NCBI RefSeq assembly: GCF_009914755.1
Contig: NC_060947.1
DNA length: 64,000 nucleotides
From: the human T2T-CHM13v2.0 reference genome, Homo sapiens
Strand: one strand, 5' to 3'
Shown here in pieces: positions 1 to 19,499 of this stretch. The notes beneath the pieces are model-generated. The model worked only from the letters and a program-made list of their open reading frames with translations, did not search any database and was not told the origin of the DNA. The position numbers and the translations under genes are program-made. Numbering within the stretch: the first letter of the stretch is position 1; every line of letters starts with the position of its first letter.

Positions 1-776
1 TCCAGTCTATCATTGATGGGCATGTAGGTTGATTCCATGACTTTTCTATTGTAAATAGTGCTGCAGTGAACATATGCATGCATGTATCTTTATAATAGCA
101 TGATTTATATTTTGGCTATATACCCAGTAATGGGATTGCTGGGTCAAATGGTATTTCTGCCTCTAGGTCTTTGAGGAATCACCACACTGTCTTCCACAAT
201 GGTTGAACACCAACAAAGTAAAAGTGTTCCTTTTCCTCCACAACCTTGCCAGTGTCTGTGGTTTTTTGACTTTTTAGTAATAGCCATTCTTCTTGGCATC
301 AGATCGTATCTCACTGTGGCTTTGATTTGCATTTGTCTAATGATCCGTCATGTGGAGCTTTTTTTCTTTTCGTGTTTGTTGGCCACATGTGTGTCTTCTT
401 TTGAGAAGTGTCTGTTCATGTTCTTTACCCACTTTTTAATAGGCTTGTTGTTGTTTGTTTTTTTTTTCTTGTAGATTTGTTTAAGCTCCTTCTAGATTCT
501 GGACATTAGACCTTTGTCAGATGGATAGATTGCAAAAAATTTCTCCTATGTTGTAAGTTGTCTGTTCACTCTGATGATCATTTCTTCTGTTGCACAGAAT
601 CACTTTAACTAGATCCCATTTGTCAATTTTGGCTTTTGTATCAATTGCTTTGGCTTTTTTGTCATGAAATCTTTGCCCATGCCTACATCACAAATGATAT
701 TGCCTAGATTTTCTTCTAGGGTTATTATAGTTTGGGGTTTTATATTTCAGTCTTTAATCCTTCTTGAGTTAAATTT

Positions 777-890
777 TGTATATGATGTAAGGAAGGGTTC
801 CAGTTTCAATTTTCTGTATATGATGTAAGGAAGGGTTCCAGTTTCAGTTTTCTGTATATGATGTAAGGAAGGGTTCCAGTTTTCAGTTTT
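777..890. repeat. Local tandem triplication of a 38-bp L1 segment
   Basis: Unit TGTATATGATGTAAGGAAGGGTTCCAGTTTCARTTTTC starts at 777, 815 and 853. Confidence 0.95.
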
Positions 891-1515
891 CAGCTAGCCA
901 GTGGCTAGCTGGTTCTCCCAGCACCATTTTAAATAGGAAATACTTTCCCCATTGCTCCTTTTGGTCAGGTTTGTCAAAGATCAGATGGTTGTAGGTGTGC
1001 AGTCTTATTTCTGGGTTCTCATTCTGTTCCATTGGTCTATGTGTCTGTTTTTGTACCAGTACCACTCTGTTTTGGTTACTGTAGCTTTGTAGTATAGTTT
1101 GAAGTCAGGTAGTGTGATGTCTCCGTTTGTTCTTTTAGCTTAGGGTTCACTTGGCTATTTGGGATCTTTTTTAGTTCCATATAACTTTTAAAATAGTTTT
1201 TCCAATTCTGTGAAGAATGCCAATGGTATTTTAATGGGAATAGCATTGAATCAATAAATTACTTTGGGAAGCATGGTCATTTTTATGATATTGATACTTC
1301 CCATCCATGAGCATGAAATGTTTCTCCATCTGTTTGTATCCTCTCTGATTTCTCTGAGCAGTCAGTGGTTTGTAGTTCTCCTTGAGGTCCTTCAATTCCT
1401 AGGTATTTTATTCTTTTTGTAGCAATTGTGAATGGAAATTCATTCATGATTTGGCTCTCTGCTTGCCTGTTGTTGGTGTATAGAATTGCTAGTGATTTTT
1501 GCACATTGATTTTAT

Positions 1516-1797
1516 TTATCTATTTATTTATTTAATTTATTGAGACGGTGTCTCACTCTGATGCCCTGGCTGGAGTGCAGTAGCATAATCTTGACTTGCT
1601 CCAGTCTCCACCTCCTGGGTTCAAGCAATTCTCCTGCATTAGCCTCCTGAGTAGCTGGGATTACAGTTGCACACCACCACACCTGGCTAATTTTTGTATT
1701 TTTAGTAGAGATGGGGTTTCACCATGTTTGACAGGCTAGTCTTGAACTCCTCAGCCTCCCAAAGTGCTGAGATTACAGGTGTGAGCCACCGTGCAGG
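1516..1797 (-). mobile_element. AluS (Sx/Sz-like) inserted in L1 ORF2, with a short left-arm deletion
   Basis: Reverse-complement Alu (GAGACGGTGTCTCACTCTG...GATTACAGGTGTGAGCCACC) with a T-rich tail. TSD TTGATTTTAT at 1506-1515 and 1798-1807. ...GAACTCC|TCAGCCTCCC lacks ~20 nt of the consensus. Confidence 0.93.
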
Positions 1798-4700
1798 TTG
1801 ATTTTATATCCTGAGAATTTGCTGAAGTTGTTTATCAGCTTAAGAAGGTTTTGGGCTAAGATGATGGGGTTTCCTAGATATAGAATCATGTTATCTTCAA
1901 ACAAAGATAATTTGACATCCTCTCTTCCTATTTGAACACACTTTATTTCTTCCTCTTGCCTGATTTCCCTACCAGTATCTTGAAATAAACTCTGTTGGAT
2001 AGGAGTGGTGAAAGAGGGCATCCTTGTCTTGTGCCAGTTTTCAAGGGGAATGCTTCCAGCTTTTGCCCATTCAGTATGATATTGGCTATGGGTTTGTCAT
2101 ATATGGCTCTTATTACTTTCAGGTATGTTCCTTCAATATCTAGCTTATTAAGAGTTTTAAACATTAAGGGATGTTAAATTTTATCAAAGACCTTTTCTGC
2201 ATCTATTGAGATAATCATGTGGTATTTGTGTTTAGCTCTGCTTATGTGATGAATCACGTTTATTGATTTGCATATATTGAACCAACCTTGCATCCTGGGG
2301 ATGAAGCCTACTTGATCGTGGTGGGTAAGCTTTTTGATGTGCAGCTGGATCTAGTTTTCCAGTATTTTTTTGAAGATTTTTGCATCAATGTTGATCAATG
2401 ATATTGGTGTGAAGCTTTCTTTTTTTGTTGTATTTCTGTCAGGTTTTGGTATCAGGATAATGCTGGCCTCATAGAATGAGTTAGGGACAAGTCCTTCCTC
2501 TTCAGTTTTTTGGAGTAGTTTCAATAGAAATAGTACCAGCTCCTCTTTGTACCGCTGGTAGAATTTGGTTGTGAATCTGTCTGTTTCTGGGCTTTTCTTT
2601 TTTGTTAGGCTATTCGTTACTGCCTCAATTTCAGAACACATTATCAGTCTATTCAGGGATTCAATTTCTTCCTAGTTCAGTCTTGGAGGGTGTGTTTGTC
2701 CAGGAAATTGTCCATTTATTCTAGATTTTCTAGTTTATGTGCATAAAGGTGTTTATAGTATTCTCTGTTGGTTTTTTGTATTTCTGGGGGTCAGTGGTGA
2801 TATCCACCTTATCATTTCTGATTGTGTTTATTTGATTCTTCTCTTTTTTCTTATTAGCCTAGCTAGTGGTCCATCTATTTTATTAATTTTTTTCAAGAAA
2901 CCAGAGCCTGGATTTGTTCCTTTTTCAAGAGATTTTTCGTGTCTCTATCTCCCTCAGCTCAGTTCAGATCTTGTTATTTCCTGTCTTCTGCTAACTTTGA
3001 GGTTTGTTTGCTCTTGGTGCTCTAATTCTTTTAGTTGAGATGTTAAGTTGTTAATCTGAGAGCTTCCTAGCTTTTTGATGTGGGCATTTATTGCTATAAA
3101 TTTCCCTCTTAACACTGCTTTAGCTGCATCCCAGAGGCTCTGATATGTTGTCTCTCTGTTCTTATTTATTTCAAAGAACTTCTTCATTTTTGCCTTAATT
3201 GTATTATCTACCCAAAAGTTCTTCAGGAAAAGGTTGTTCAATTTCCATGTAGTTGTGTGGGTTTGTGTGGATTTCTTAATGTGAAATTCTTAAATTCTAA
3301 TTTGATTGTACTGTGGTCTGAAAGACTGTTATGATTTCAGTTCTTTTGCATTTGCTGAGGAAAGTTTTACTTCCTATAATGTGATCAACTTTAGAGTAAG
3401 TGCTGTGTAATGATGAGAATATATATTATGTTGCTTTGGGGTGAAAAGTTCTGTAGATATCAATCAGGTCCACTTGGTCCAGAGCTGAGTTCAGTTCCTG
3501 AATATCTTTGTTAATTTTCTGCCTCAGTGATCTGTCTGATACTGTCAGAGGGCTGTGAAAGTCTCCCACTGTTATTTTATGGCAGTCTAATTCTCTTTGT
3601 AGGTCTCTAAGAACTTGCATTATGAATCTGGGTGCTCCTATATTGGGTGCATATATATTTAGGATAGTTAACTCTTGTTGATGAATTGAACACTTTACCA
3701 TTATGTAATGCCCGCCTTTGTCTTTTTTGATCTTTGTTGGCTTAAAGTCTGTTTTATCAGATATTAGGATTGCTACCCTTGTTTTTTCTGTTTTCCATTT
3801 GTTTGGCAAATTTTCCCCCACACCTTTATTTTGAGGTTCTGTGTGCCTTTGCATGTGAGATGGGTCTCTTGAAGACACCATATTCACGGGGCTTGATTCT
3901 GTGTCCAGCTTGCCATTCTATGTCTTTTAATTGAGGCATTTAGACAATTTACATTTAAGGTTAGTACTGTTGTGTGTGAATTGGATCCTGTCAGTTATGC
4001 AAGCTACTTATTTTGCAGACTTGTTTGTGTGGTTGCTTCATAGTGTCACCAGACTGTGTACATCAGTGCATTTTGTAGTGCCTGTAATGGTTTTTTCTTT
4101 CCATATTTAGTGCTTCCTTCAGGAGCTCTTACAAGGCAGGCCTGCTAATGACAAATTCCCTCAGCATTTGCTTGTCTGAAAAGGATCTTATTTCTCCTTC
4201 GCTTGTGAAGCTTAGTTTGGTCAGATAAGAAATTCTGGGCTGGAAATTCTTTAAGAATGCTGAATATTGGTCCCAATCTCTTCTGGCTTGTAGGGTTTCT
4301 GCTGAGAGGTCTGCTGTTAGTCTAGTTGGTTTCCCTTTGTAGGTAACCTAGCCTTTCTCTCTAGCTGCCCTTAATATTTTTTTGTTCACTTTGACCTTGA
4401 AGAATCTGCTGATTATGTGTCTTGGGGTTGATCTTCTCACGGAATAACTTACTGGGGTTCTCTGCATTTCCTGAATTTGAATCTTGGCCTGTCTTGCTAG
4501 GTTGCAAAAGTTCTCCAGGATGATATCCTGAAGTATGTTTTCCAACGTGGTTCCATTCTTCTCATCTGTTTTAAGTACCCCAATCAGTCGTAGGTTCAGT
4601 CTCTTTACGCAATCCCATAATTCTCGGAGATTTTGTTCATTCCTTTTTATTGTTTTTTTCTCTATTCTTATCTACCTGTCTTACCTCAGAAAGATAGTCT

Positions 4701-5299
4701 TCCAGCTCTGAAATTCTTTTATCCACTTCATCTGTTCTGCTAGTGATATTTGTGATGGCATTGTGAAGTTCCTATGTTGTGTTTTTCAGCTCCATCACGT
4801 TGGTGATATTCCTCTCTAAACTAGCTACTCTGGCCATCAGTTCCTATATTGTTTTATCATTATTCTTAGCTTCTTTGCATTGAATTAAAACATGCTCCTT
4901 TAGCTCAGTTAAGTTCGATATTATCCACCTTCTGAAGCTTATTTCTGTCAATTCATCCATCTCGGCCTCAGCACAGTACTCTGCTCTTGCTGGAGAGGTG
5001 TTGCAGTCATTTGAAGGAGAAGAGGTACTCTGGCTTTTTAAGTTTTCAGCCTTTTTGCATTGATTCTTTCTCATCTTTGTGGGCTTATCTACTTTCAATC
5101 TTTGAGGCTGTTGGCCTTTGAGTGAGGTTTTTGTGGGGTTCCTTAGTTGATGATGTTGTTTTCTGTTTGTTTGTTTGTTTGTTTGTTTTGCTTTTACCAG
5201 TCAGTCCACAATACCATAGGGCTGCTGCAGTTTGCTGGGGATCTGCTCAAGACTCCAGTGTCCTTGGCCTCTCCTGCACCTGCAGGAGGCAGCTGGGGT

Positions 5300-6220
5300 G
5301 CCCCACTGAAAGATCTCACCCAGTCAGGAGGGACAGGAACAGGAACCCACCCAATGAAGAAGTCTGGTTGTTCTTGATAGAGCAGAAATGTTGCATTGGT
5401 GGGGGTGGGGAACCCTTCTTCATTTGGACCACCTGTATTCTCCACAGCCAGCAGGGTGGAATGGCTGAGTTTAGGGAACTCAGAGATTGCAGTCACCCCT
5501 CACCCCAGGAGCTCCCTCCCAGGGAGAGATCAATCTCTATCCACAGAACTGAAGATGCCTCCCCCAGTGAGTAGAAGTGGGTTCCCAGTTAAAGAATCAG
5601 TCTGGCCATGATCTGGCAAGGCAGATGCACTGCACAGTGGGGGGCCCATCCTCATCTGAACCATCTACACTCTCCACAGCCAGCAGACTGGAATGGCTGA
5701 GTCCTCAGTAGCACAGAGATGGCAGCTGTCCCTTCCCTTTCCACCAAGCTCCCTCCCAGGGAGAGGTCAGATCTCTCCACCAAACCAAAGACCCACCTAG
5801 TGAGGAAGGGGGGATTGGGGATTTAGTTAAAGAAGCAGTCTGGCTACGATCTGGCAAGGCCACTCCATTGTGCCATGGGGGGACCCTCCTCGTTTGGGCT
5901 GTCTGCATTCTCCACAGCCAGTAGGCTGGGATGGCTGAGACTATGGAAGGGCAGATATGGAGACTGCCTCTCCCCCTGAAAGCTGCCTGCCAGTGAGAGA
6001 TCAGAGCTCTGTCTGCAGAACCTAGGACCTGCCCAGTGAGGAGGAGTGTGTCAGGGCCCCAGTTAAAGAAGCAGTCTGGCCCAATTCTGGCAAGGCCACT
6101 GTGCTGCACTGTGGAGGGGAGGGGGGCTTCTTGTCTGGACCATCTGTACTCTCCACAGCCAGCAAGCTGGAATGGCTGTTTCCCCTGAACTGCAGAGATG
6201 ACAGCTGCCCCTCCCCTGGG
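5300..6220 (-). repeat. Four diverged ~238-bp tandem monomers in the L1 5'UTR
   Basis: TCTCCACAGCCA at 5439, 5671, 5909 and 6150; AGTTAAAGAA at 5587, 5825 and 6061. Confidence 0.9.
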
Positions 6221-6805
6221 AAATTATGTCTTGTCTCTGGCAAACTTCAGCTCTCCCATTGGCTGGCTGAGATTCCATGCCAGTGGGTCTTAACCTGTGA
6301 GGTGCCATGAAATTGGCACCCACAGAATGAGGCTGCTTTGCTCCCTGTATTCAGCCCCCTTCCTAGGGACATATATGGATGGATTTTTTCACCTTGGTGG
6401 GGATTTGGCACTGGAGCATCCAAAACTCCTGCATCTCTATGTGCACCTGAGCAGCTGTTTTGCCAAGACTCCTCACAGCTCCGTATATCAAAGCCAAGGC
6501 CCTGGTGGTGTGGGCTTATGAGGGGATCTCCTGCTCCACAGGTTGCAATGATTGGTGGGAGAAGCATGGCTTCCCAGCAGGTCACATAATCACTCACTGC
6601 CTCCCCTGGCTGCAGATGTGGGTTCCTTTGGCTCCATGTGGCTCCCTGGTGGGCCATCACCCCCAGCTTCTGCATGCCTATACAGTCCCAATGTGATAAC
6701 CTGGATGTTTCAATTGAAGGTGTTGAATTCACTCTCCCCTTTTCATTCTTCTCTATGAGTGTTGTGCACCACAGCTGATTCTAACCAGCCATCTTGCCTC
6801 TCCGA

Positions 6806-7008
6806 GTTAACAATAATTTCTTGTGTCTTTAAAAATCACTAGAAGAGTTGACATGTTTTCAACATAAAAAGATAAATATTTGAGGTGATAAATATCTTAA
6901 ATACCCTTATTTGATAATTGCACACAGTTTGCATGTATTAAAATATCATGTTAACCATAAATATTTACAATTATTATGTATCACTTATTAAAATTAAATA
7001 AATAAATA
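6806..7008 (+). mobile_element. L1MA4-9-type 3' end fragment
   Basis: TTAACAATAAT...GATAAATATTTGAGGTGAT...ACAATTATTATGTATCA plus an A-rich tail resembles the L1MA 3'UTR. Confidence 0.75.
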
Positions 7009-7240
7009 GATGGAGCAAGATATACCATGCTAACACTAACCCAAAAAAACTTGAGTAGCTATATTCATTTCAGACAAAGGAGACGTTTAGAGCAAGGAAA
7101 ATCATCAGGAATAATGTGGAACATTACATAATGATAAAGGGGTCAATTCACTAAGAAGACTTAGCAATCCTTAATGTATATGCACCTAATATACATAAGG
7201 CAAAAACTGATAGAACCACATGAAGAAATAGATGAATCCA
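7009..7240 (+). mobile_element. Old L1M (L1MC/L1M4-like) ORF2 endonuclease fragment, left part of the host of the L1PA6
   Basis: TACCATGCTAACACTAAC...ACATTACATAATGATAAAGGGGTCAATTC...ATATGCACCTAA; continues colinearly at 13392. Confidence 0.8.
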
Positions 7241-13391
<6,151 letters not shown>

Positions 13392-13555
13392 AAGACATAG
13401 ATGAATCCACTATTATAGTAGGTGACTTCAACACCCTCTTTCAAAAACTGACAGATCCAGGAGGCAGCAAATCAGTAAGGACATAGTTGAAATCAACAGC
13501 ACTCAACCATCTGGATATAAATAAAATACATCTATAAAATACTTAATCCAATGAC
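13392..13555 (+). mobile_element. Old L1M ORF2 fragment, right part of the host
   Basis: ATAGATGAATCCACTATTATAGTAGGTGACTTCAACACCC (IIVGDFNTP) continues the 7009-7240 fragment. Confidence 0.8.
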
Positions 13556-13917
13556 AAGTTGAGGAGAAAGAACTAATAGAAAGGAAGAAATTGAAGATAC
13601 AGAAGTGTGTGTGTTTGGTGGAGGACTAGTAGTGCTCAATCACATAATGTCTGAGGAAACAGAATAGAATGAGATCCAAAGCTTGGGTAAAGGATATGCT
13701 CTGAACAGAAGAGCCTATACCATCTCCACTGAGACAGAAGGAAAGGAGGAGATAATGAGCTCAGATTTGAAAATGAGTTAATAGGTGGTGAAAGAAAAAG
13801 TTGAGAGAAGATAGGTAGTCCTACCTATCTTCATGTTGTCAGTCAAGTAGAAGACAAAGTCAACTTCCAAAAATGAGAAGAGAGAGGGTGGAGCAAAGGG
13901 ATGAAGAAGAAAAGTGG

Positions 13918-14082
13918 AGTTGAGTTTAGTGGCATGCACCTGTAATCCCAGATATTCAGGAGGCTGAGGCAGGAGGATTGCTGGAGCCCAACAGTTCAAG
14001 GCTGCAGCTCACTAGGATTACACCTGTTAATAGCCACTGCACTCCAACCTGAGCAACACAGCTATAACCCAACTCTAAAAAA
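13918..14082 (+). mobile_element. FAM-like fossil Alu monomer
   Basis: Single monomer with GGAGGATTGCTGGAGCCC and the FAM-type TGTTAATAGCCACTGCACTCC segment, followed by an A-rich end. Confidence 0.75.
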
Positions 14083-14286
14083 TTGAAAAGAAGAAGAAAA
14101 GTTAAAATGTTGAATAGCCACTTAGAAATTAAGAATGAGCTGCATGGGGACATATGGAAGGGTTGCTGGGCAGCTCAGTTGAAGGCCTAGCTGGAAATGC
14201 AAAACCATAAATTTGCATTGACTCCAAATTGCATTGTTGTGTGATTTTTTTTTCAATAGCCTGAGTGTTGAGCAGAGAAGTGTTGG

Positions 14287-14686
14287 TGTTGGGAACAGGC
14301 CCCCAAATCTGGCCATAAACTGGCCCCAAAACGGCCATAAACAAAATATCTGCAGCACTGTGACATGCTCATGATGGCCTTGACACCCACGCTGGAAGGT
14401 TGTTGGTTTACCAGAATGAGGGCAAGGAACACCTGGCCCACCCAGGGTGGAAAACCGCTTAAGGCGATCTTAAACCACAAACAATAACATGAGTGATCTG
14501 TGCCTTAAGGACATGTTCATGCTGCAGATATCTAGCCAGAGCCCATCCCTTTATTTCAGCCCATCCCTTTATTTCAGCCCATCCCTTTATTTCCCGTAAG
14601 GCATGTGATATTTCTGTGTGTGTGTGTGTCTTTAATTCCTCTAGCACCACTGGGTTAGGGTCTCCACGACCTAGCTTGTCTCAGCA
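14287..14686 (+). mobile_element. MER9 (HERV-K9/HML-3) solo LTR with an internal deletion
   Basis: Starts TGTTGGGAACAGGCCCCCAAATCTGGCCATAAACTGG and ends GTCTCAGCA. TSD GTTGG at 14282-14286 and 14687-14691. The 18-bp GCCCATCCCTTTATTTCA unit occurs three times. Confidence 0.9.
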
Positions 14687-14919
14687 GTTGGGAATTTGGA
14701 CTTATCCTGAGTTGTAGCTCTATGCGGAATGTGTGGCAAAAGAGTAGAGAACATGGTGAGAATGCTTGAAATGAGGCTCCCAGGCTCAAGATGGAGCCCT
14801 GGGAAGCATCAAAATATAAAGAATGAATAGAAGAAGAGGAGAATGCAAAGGTAAATGAGAAAGAGAAGCCAGAAGCTAGTGTTGTCACAAAAGGAAACAG
14901 TCCTGAAAACCCCAAAGTT

Positions 14920-15075
14920 TGCAGAACCCTCTGAGGTCATGTAGTCCAAACTTCTAATTGTGACAGGTGAGAAAAGTGAGGCTCAGAGAGAAGATACTTA
15001 TCCAAGGTTCAGTGAGTTAACAGCAGAGCTGGGACTACAATTCAGGTCTTTTAACTTTGTCCCAGGCTCGTATTT
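14920..15075 (-). mobile_element. MIR SINE fragment
   Basis: Core ACAGGTGAGAAAAGTGAGGCTCAGAGAG...CCAAGGT...AGCAGAGCTGGGACT. Confidence 0.7.
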
Positions 15076-15208
15076 ACTCTATGGAACTTCATTACCTTTT
15101 CTTAATTTATAAGTCACATATGTTTTCTGTAGATAATTTAGAAAACACAAAAAAAGAATAAAATTTAAATCTTTATAATCTTACCATTAACTGTAAACAT
15201 TTTCAGAC

Positions 15209-15740
15209 AGGTGGTGGCTTTAAAACAAGTTCACAAATTCTTTGACATCTGTCCCATCAAGAGATGGAATTTAATACCACCCCAACCCAGCCAAGATTAT
15301 GGGCTGGCCTTGGTGACTTGCTTCTAACAGATAGAATACAGTGAAAATGATGTTGCATGACTCCCAATGCTAGGTCAAAAAAGCAATTCTGCTGCCACCT
15401 GGCTCTTGGGACACTTGTTCTTGGAACCCAGCTGTCATGCTATGAGGAAACACAGGCCACATGGAGAGGCTACATGAAAGCATTCCAGTTAAAACCCCAG
15501 CTGAGTTCCTAGTTAGCAACCAGCATCAACTGCCAGACATGTGTGAATGAGGAAGCCTTCAAAATTTCTCCAGCCCCAGCTGTCGTCTAACTGCAATTGT
15601 ATGAGAGACTCTGAGCAAGAACCTTGTAAGTGACCCAGTCAACCCCTAGAGTCTTGAGAGAGAATAATAAATGATTTGTTGTTAGTTTACATCACTAAGC
15701 TTAAAGATGGTTTATTAATGTTGTACTAAATAACCAAGAT
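15209..15740 (+). mobile_element. MLT1 (E/F/G-type) ERVL-MaLR solo LTR
   Basis: CACAAATTCTTTGACA...GTGACTTGCTTCTAAC...CCAGCATCAACTGCCAGACATGTG...AATAAATG...CACTAAG. Confidence 0.75.
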
Positions 15741-15744
15741 AGCA

Positions 15745-16860
<1,116 letters not shown>

Positions 16861-16875
16861 ATAAACACAGTTGGA

Positions 16876-17800
16876 GGACTTCCCATTAAATATGGAAGAT
16901 TAAATACATATTTATCTATTATCCCTTCTAAAACTGCACTAAAATGAGAAGAAGAGAATTTTTTCTTCTTTGTAGGTACAAACCTACAAAGACAAACAGA
17001 ATGAAAAGTAGGGAGCAACAGATAAAATATGCCAACACGTCTTTGGAAGATGGAAAGCAGAAGGGGATTAGCAGAGCTGAGAGAGCTAAAGAGCAAATGC
17101 CTGCAAAGAGGAATGTGACATAAGAAGCAAGGTAATTCATGCTGCAGAATGCCTAGAGAGCTCAGGACTTAAAGACACTATCACTAGTCGATCACTAATC
17201 ACTAATGACTAGTGTCTCAAAAAAGGCAGGAGTGTGTCAACAAGTTGAAACAGGGTTTTTCTGCATGTGTGTGTGATGTACAGCTAGACTGCTCTGAGGT
17301 CCCTTACCTCATCCTGTTCAGCCAGGTCAGTACCATTTCCTTATTCTGGCAAAAGACTCTGAGTTTATTCAAAGAAAATTGATCCACAGAAGACCCAAAC
17401 CCAGATATCCCAGGTAGAGTGGAAAATGGTGTCATATCGAAAAAAGGGGCATTGAATAAAAGTTGAACATAAGATCTCTATTTCTACCCCCCAGATAGCT
17501 TGATTCTAAGAACACAAGCAGCCAGGTATATATTTTCCAGGCAGGAAATTAGAGAATTCAGTTCTGAAGAAACTGAACAGCTCTCAGAGAAAATACCTAC
17601 AAATACTGTCATTGTGGGGTCCCCAGTAAACCAGTTAGGTTCTCTCACTCATTCATCTTACAGTGAAGTTCATCAGTTGATAAGTCCTATTCCTATAGGA
17701 AAGCCTCCTATATTAAAGTTAAAAAAAAATAAATCAGAAGAAACAGTGAGATAAAGAGAGGGCAAGAGAAAACTTTAAAAATTACCCTCACAGATCTAGG
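16876..17800 (+). mobile_element. Possible ancient L1ME/HAL1 5'-region fragment
   Basis: GACTTCCCATTAAATATGGAAGA start and purine-rich composition resemble old L1M/HAL1 5' ends; highly diverged. Confidence 0.35.
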
Positions 17801-17869
17801 ATATTATAATATATATAGACATGGAAAGATGCATTGTCAGGTTTTTTAAGACCTATTTCAAAATGGTAT

Positions 17870-17990
17870 ATACATTCATTAGGCATATATTTATTGAGTT
17901 ATCTACTATGTACCAGGCACTGTTCTAGGCACTGGGAAGAAAATGGAAAACAAGATCTTGGCCCCACTCTTATGGAGTTTAATTCTAATA
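17870..17990 (-). mobile_element. L2 3' end fragment
   Basis: CATTCATT...TATTTATTGAG...CTACTATGTACCAGGCACTGTTCTAGGCACTGGG. Confidence 0.8.
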
Positions 17991-18872
17991 GCTTATAAAC
18001 TACAATCTCATTTGTATGAAATTTTGAATGTATGTTTATGTGTGTTTATGTTTGTGTAAACAGAAAGATGTCCTAAATGAAGTCTACTATAGTTTTTTCT
18101 GGGTGGTAAGATTTTAGTTGATTTTTACTTTCTTAATGCTTACAACAAAATTATATCTATTCGTGTGGGAAATCCCTGGTCACCGTCCCTCACTTTTCAC
18201 TCCCAGTTATTGTCCTTGAAAAATGTTAAGTCTCCCAGGAAGAACAACTAACCTACCATCAGCCATCAGTGCCCCTTCATGAACTTTTTTAAGAAAGAAA
18301 AAGGTTCTCAGGGTCTTGCTATATTGCCCAGGCTCTGGGTTCCACATGCACATCATGAAATTTTTGTTATCCCTTTTAGGGGGTAGAAGGCTAAGGAAAA
18401 ATATCTCTAAGGGTTAGAGTGCTTGGAGGTGGGGAGATGCCCACTGAAATGGAATTGTTATCACACAGTTTTCTGGGAGAGGCAATTGCATCTACGTCTA
18501 AGAGAGGGAAAAGTTTTATACAACGCCAAAGAGATTATGGACTTCTACATCCTTCTTGGCCCCAAAGTCTCACCTTCACAGCATCCTAGGGGAGCTGTAT
18601 TCTGTAGCCTGCCAGGTGCCCTCTGGCAGCCAGAAAGGTCATAGGGAGGAATAAGTTTCTCATCCGTATAAATAAGCGTCCTTCTCCTTTTCTCCTCCCT
18701 ACAAATAAGACTCATTAGGATTTTGGCATTCCCCAGAAAGTGGGAGACTTCCCCTTACTGCTAACAATTCCCCATTAGCATGCCTTCATTGCAGCCCTTT
18801 TATTGCATTCATCAAATTCCTTTCTCCAGAAACATTTCCCAGCCCATCAGCTAAGTTATCAAGAAAAGCATA

Positions 18873-19180
18873 GGCCAAGCATGGTGGCTCATGCCTGTAA
18901 TCCCAGCACTTTGGGAGGCCAAGGTGGGCAGAACACCTGAGGTCAGGAGTTCGAGGCCAGCCAGGCCAATATGGTGAAACCTCATCTCTACTAAAAATAC
19001 AAAAATTAGCTGGGCATGGTGGCAGACACCTGTAATCCCAGCTACTCGGGAGGCTGAGGCAAGAGAATCACTTGAACCTGGGAGGCAGATGTTGTAGTGA
19101 GCTGAGATCATGCACTACACTCCAGCCTGGGTGACAAGAGTGAAACTCCATCTCAAAAAAATAAAAAGAAAGAAAGAAAG
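18873..19180 (+). mobile_element. AluSx-like
   Basis: GGCCAAGCATGGTGGCTCATGCCTGTAATCCC...CACCTGAGGTCAGGAGTTCGAG...; A/GAAA tail. Confidence 0.93.
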
Positions 19181-19499
19181 ATATAACCAGATAAGTTATA
19201 GAAGAAAAACACCTGGAGAGTGTTCACACTTATCCAGGATGTTAGGTTCCAGAAACAGGGTAAGGTAGGGAACTCCTTAAGTGAGGCCGTCCTCCCCATC
19301 CTTTTTACCAGAATCCATCAAAAGTTTGTTGCCTTTAATTAACAAACAGACAAACATTTACTTAAAAGTATAGTATGGTGATTACAGTCGAGGAGGATTA
19401 ATAGATATATATATAACAAACATTAACACCAATCAGAATGAATTATATAATATGATCAAGTACAAGCAAAGAGCTCAGTGATTAAAAGGAAAAGTACCA

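Larger units (their letters stand above)
1..6803 (-). mobile_element. LINE-1, L1PA13-16/L1PREC2-like; 5'UTR, ORF1 and most of ORF2 present but decayed; 3' end runs off the window
   Basis: Minus-strand ORF fragments match L1 ORF1 (MRKNQCKKAENLKSQSTSSP..., 4844-5098; 4348-4545) and ORF2 (endonuclease ...VAILISDKTDFKPTKIKKDK... 3426-3887; RT ...[11 protein letters not shown]... 1943-2164). The 5' end reads CAAGATGGC on the minus strand at ~6788-6796. Many stops and frameshifts. Confidence 0.93.

Noticed and set aside
777-890. CRISPR-like direct repeats
   Set aside because: The 38-bp units are contiguous with no spacers, derive from L1 sequence and sit in a primate genome context.
14459-14717. 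ORFs with repeated peptides (EIKGWA)n / (AHPFIS)n
   Set aside because: They are translations of the 18-bp tandem repeat inside the MER9 LTR.
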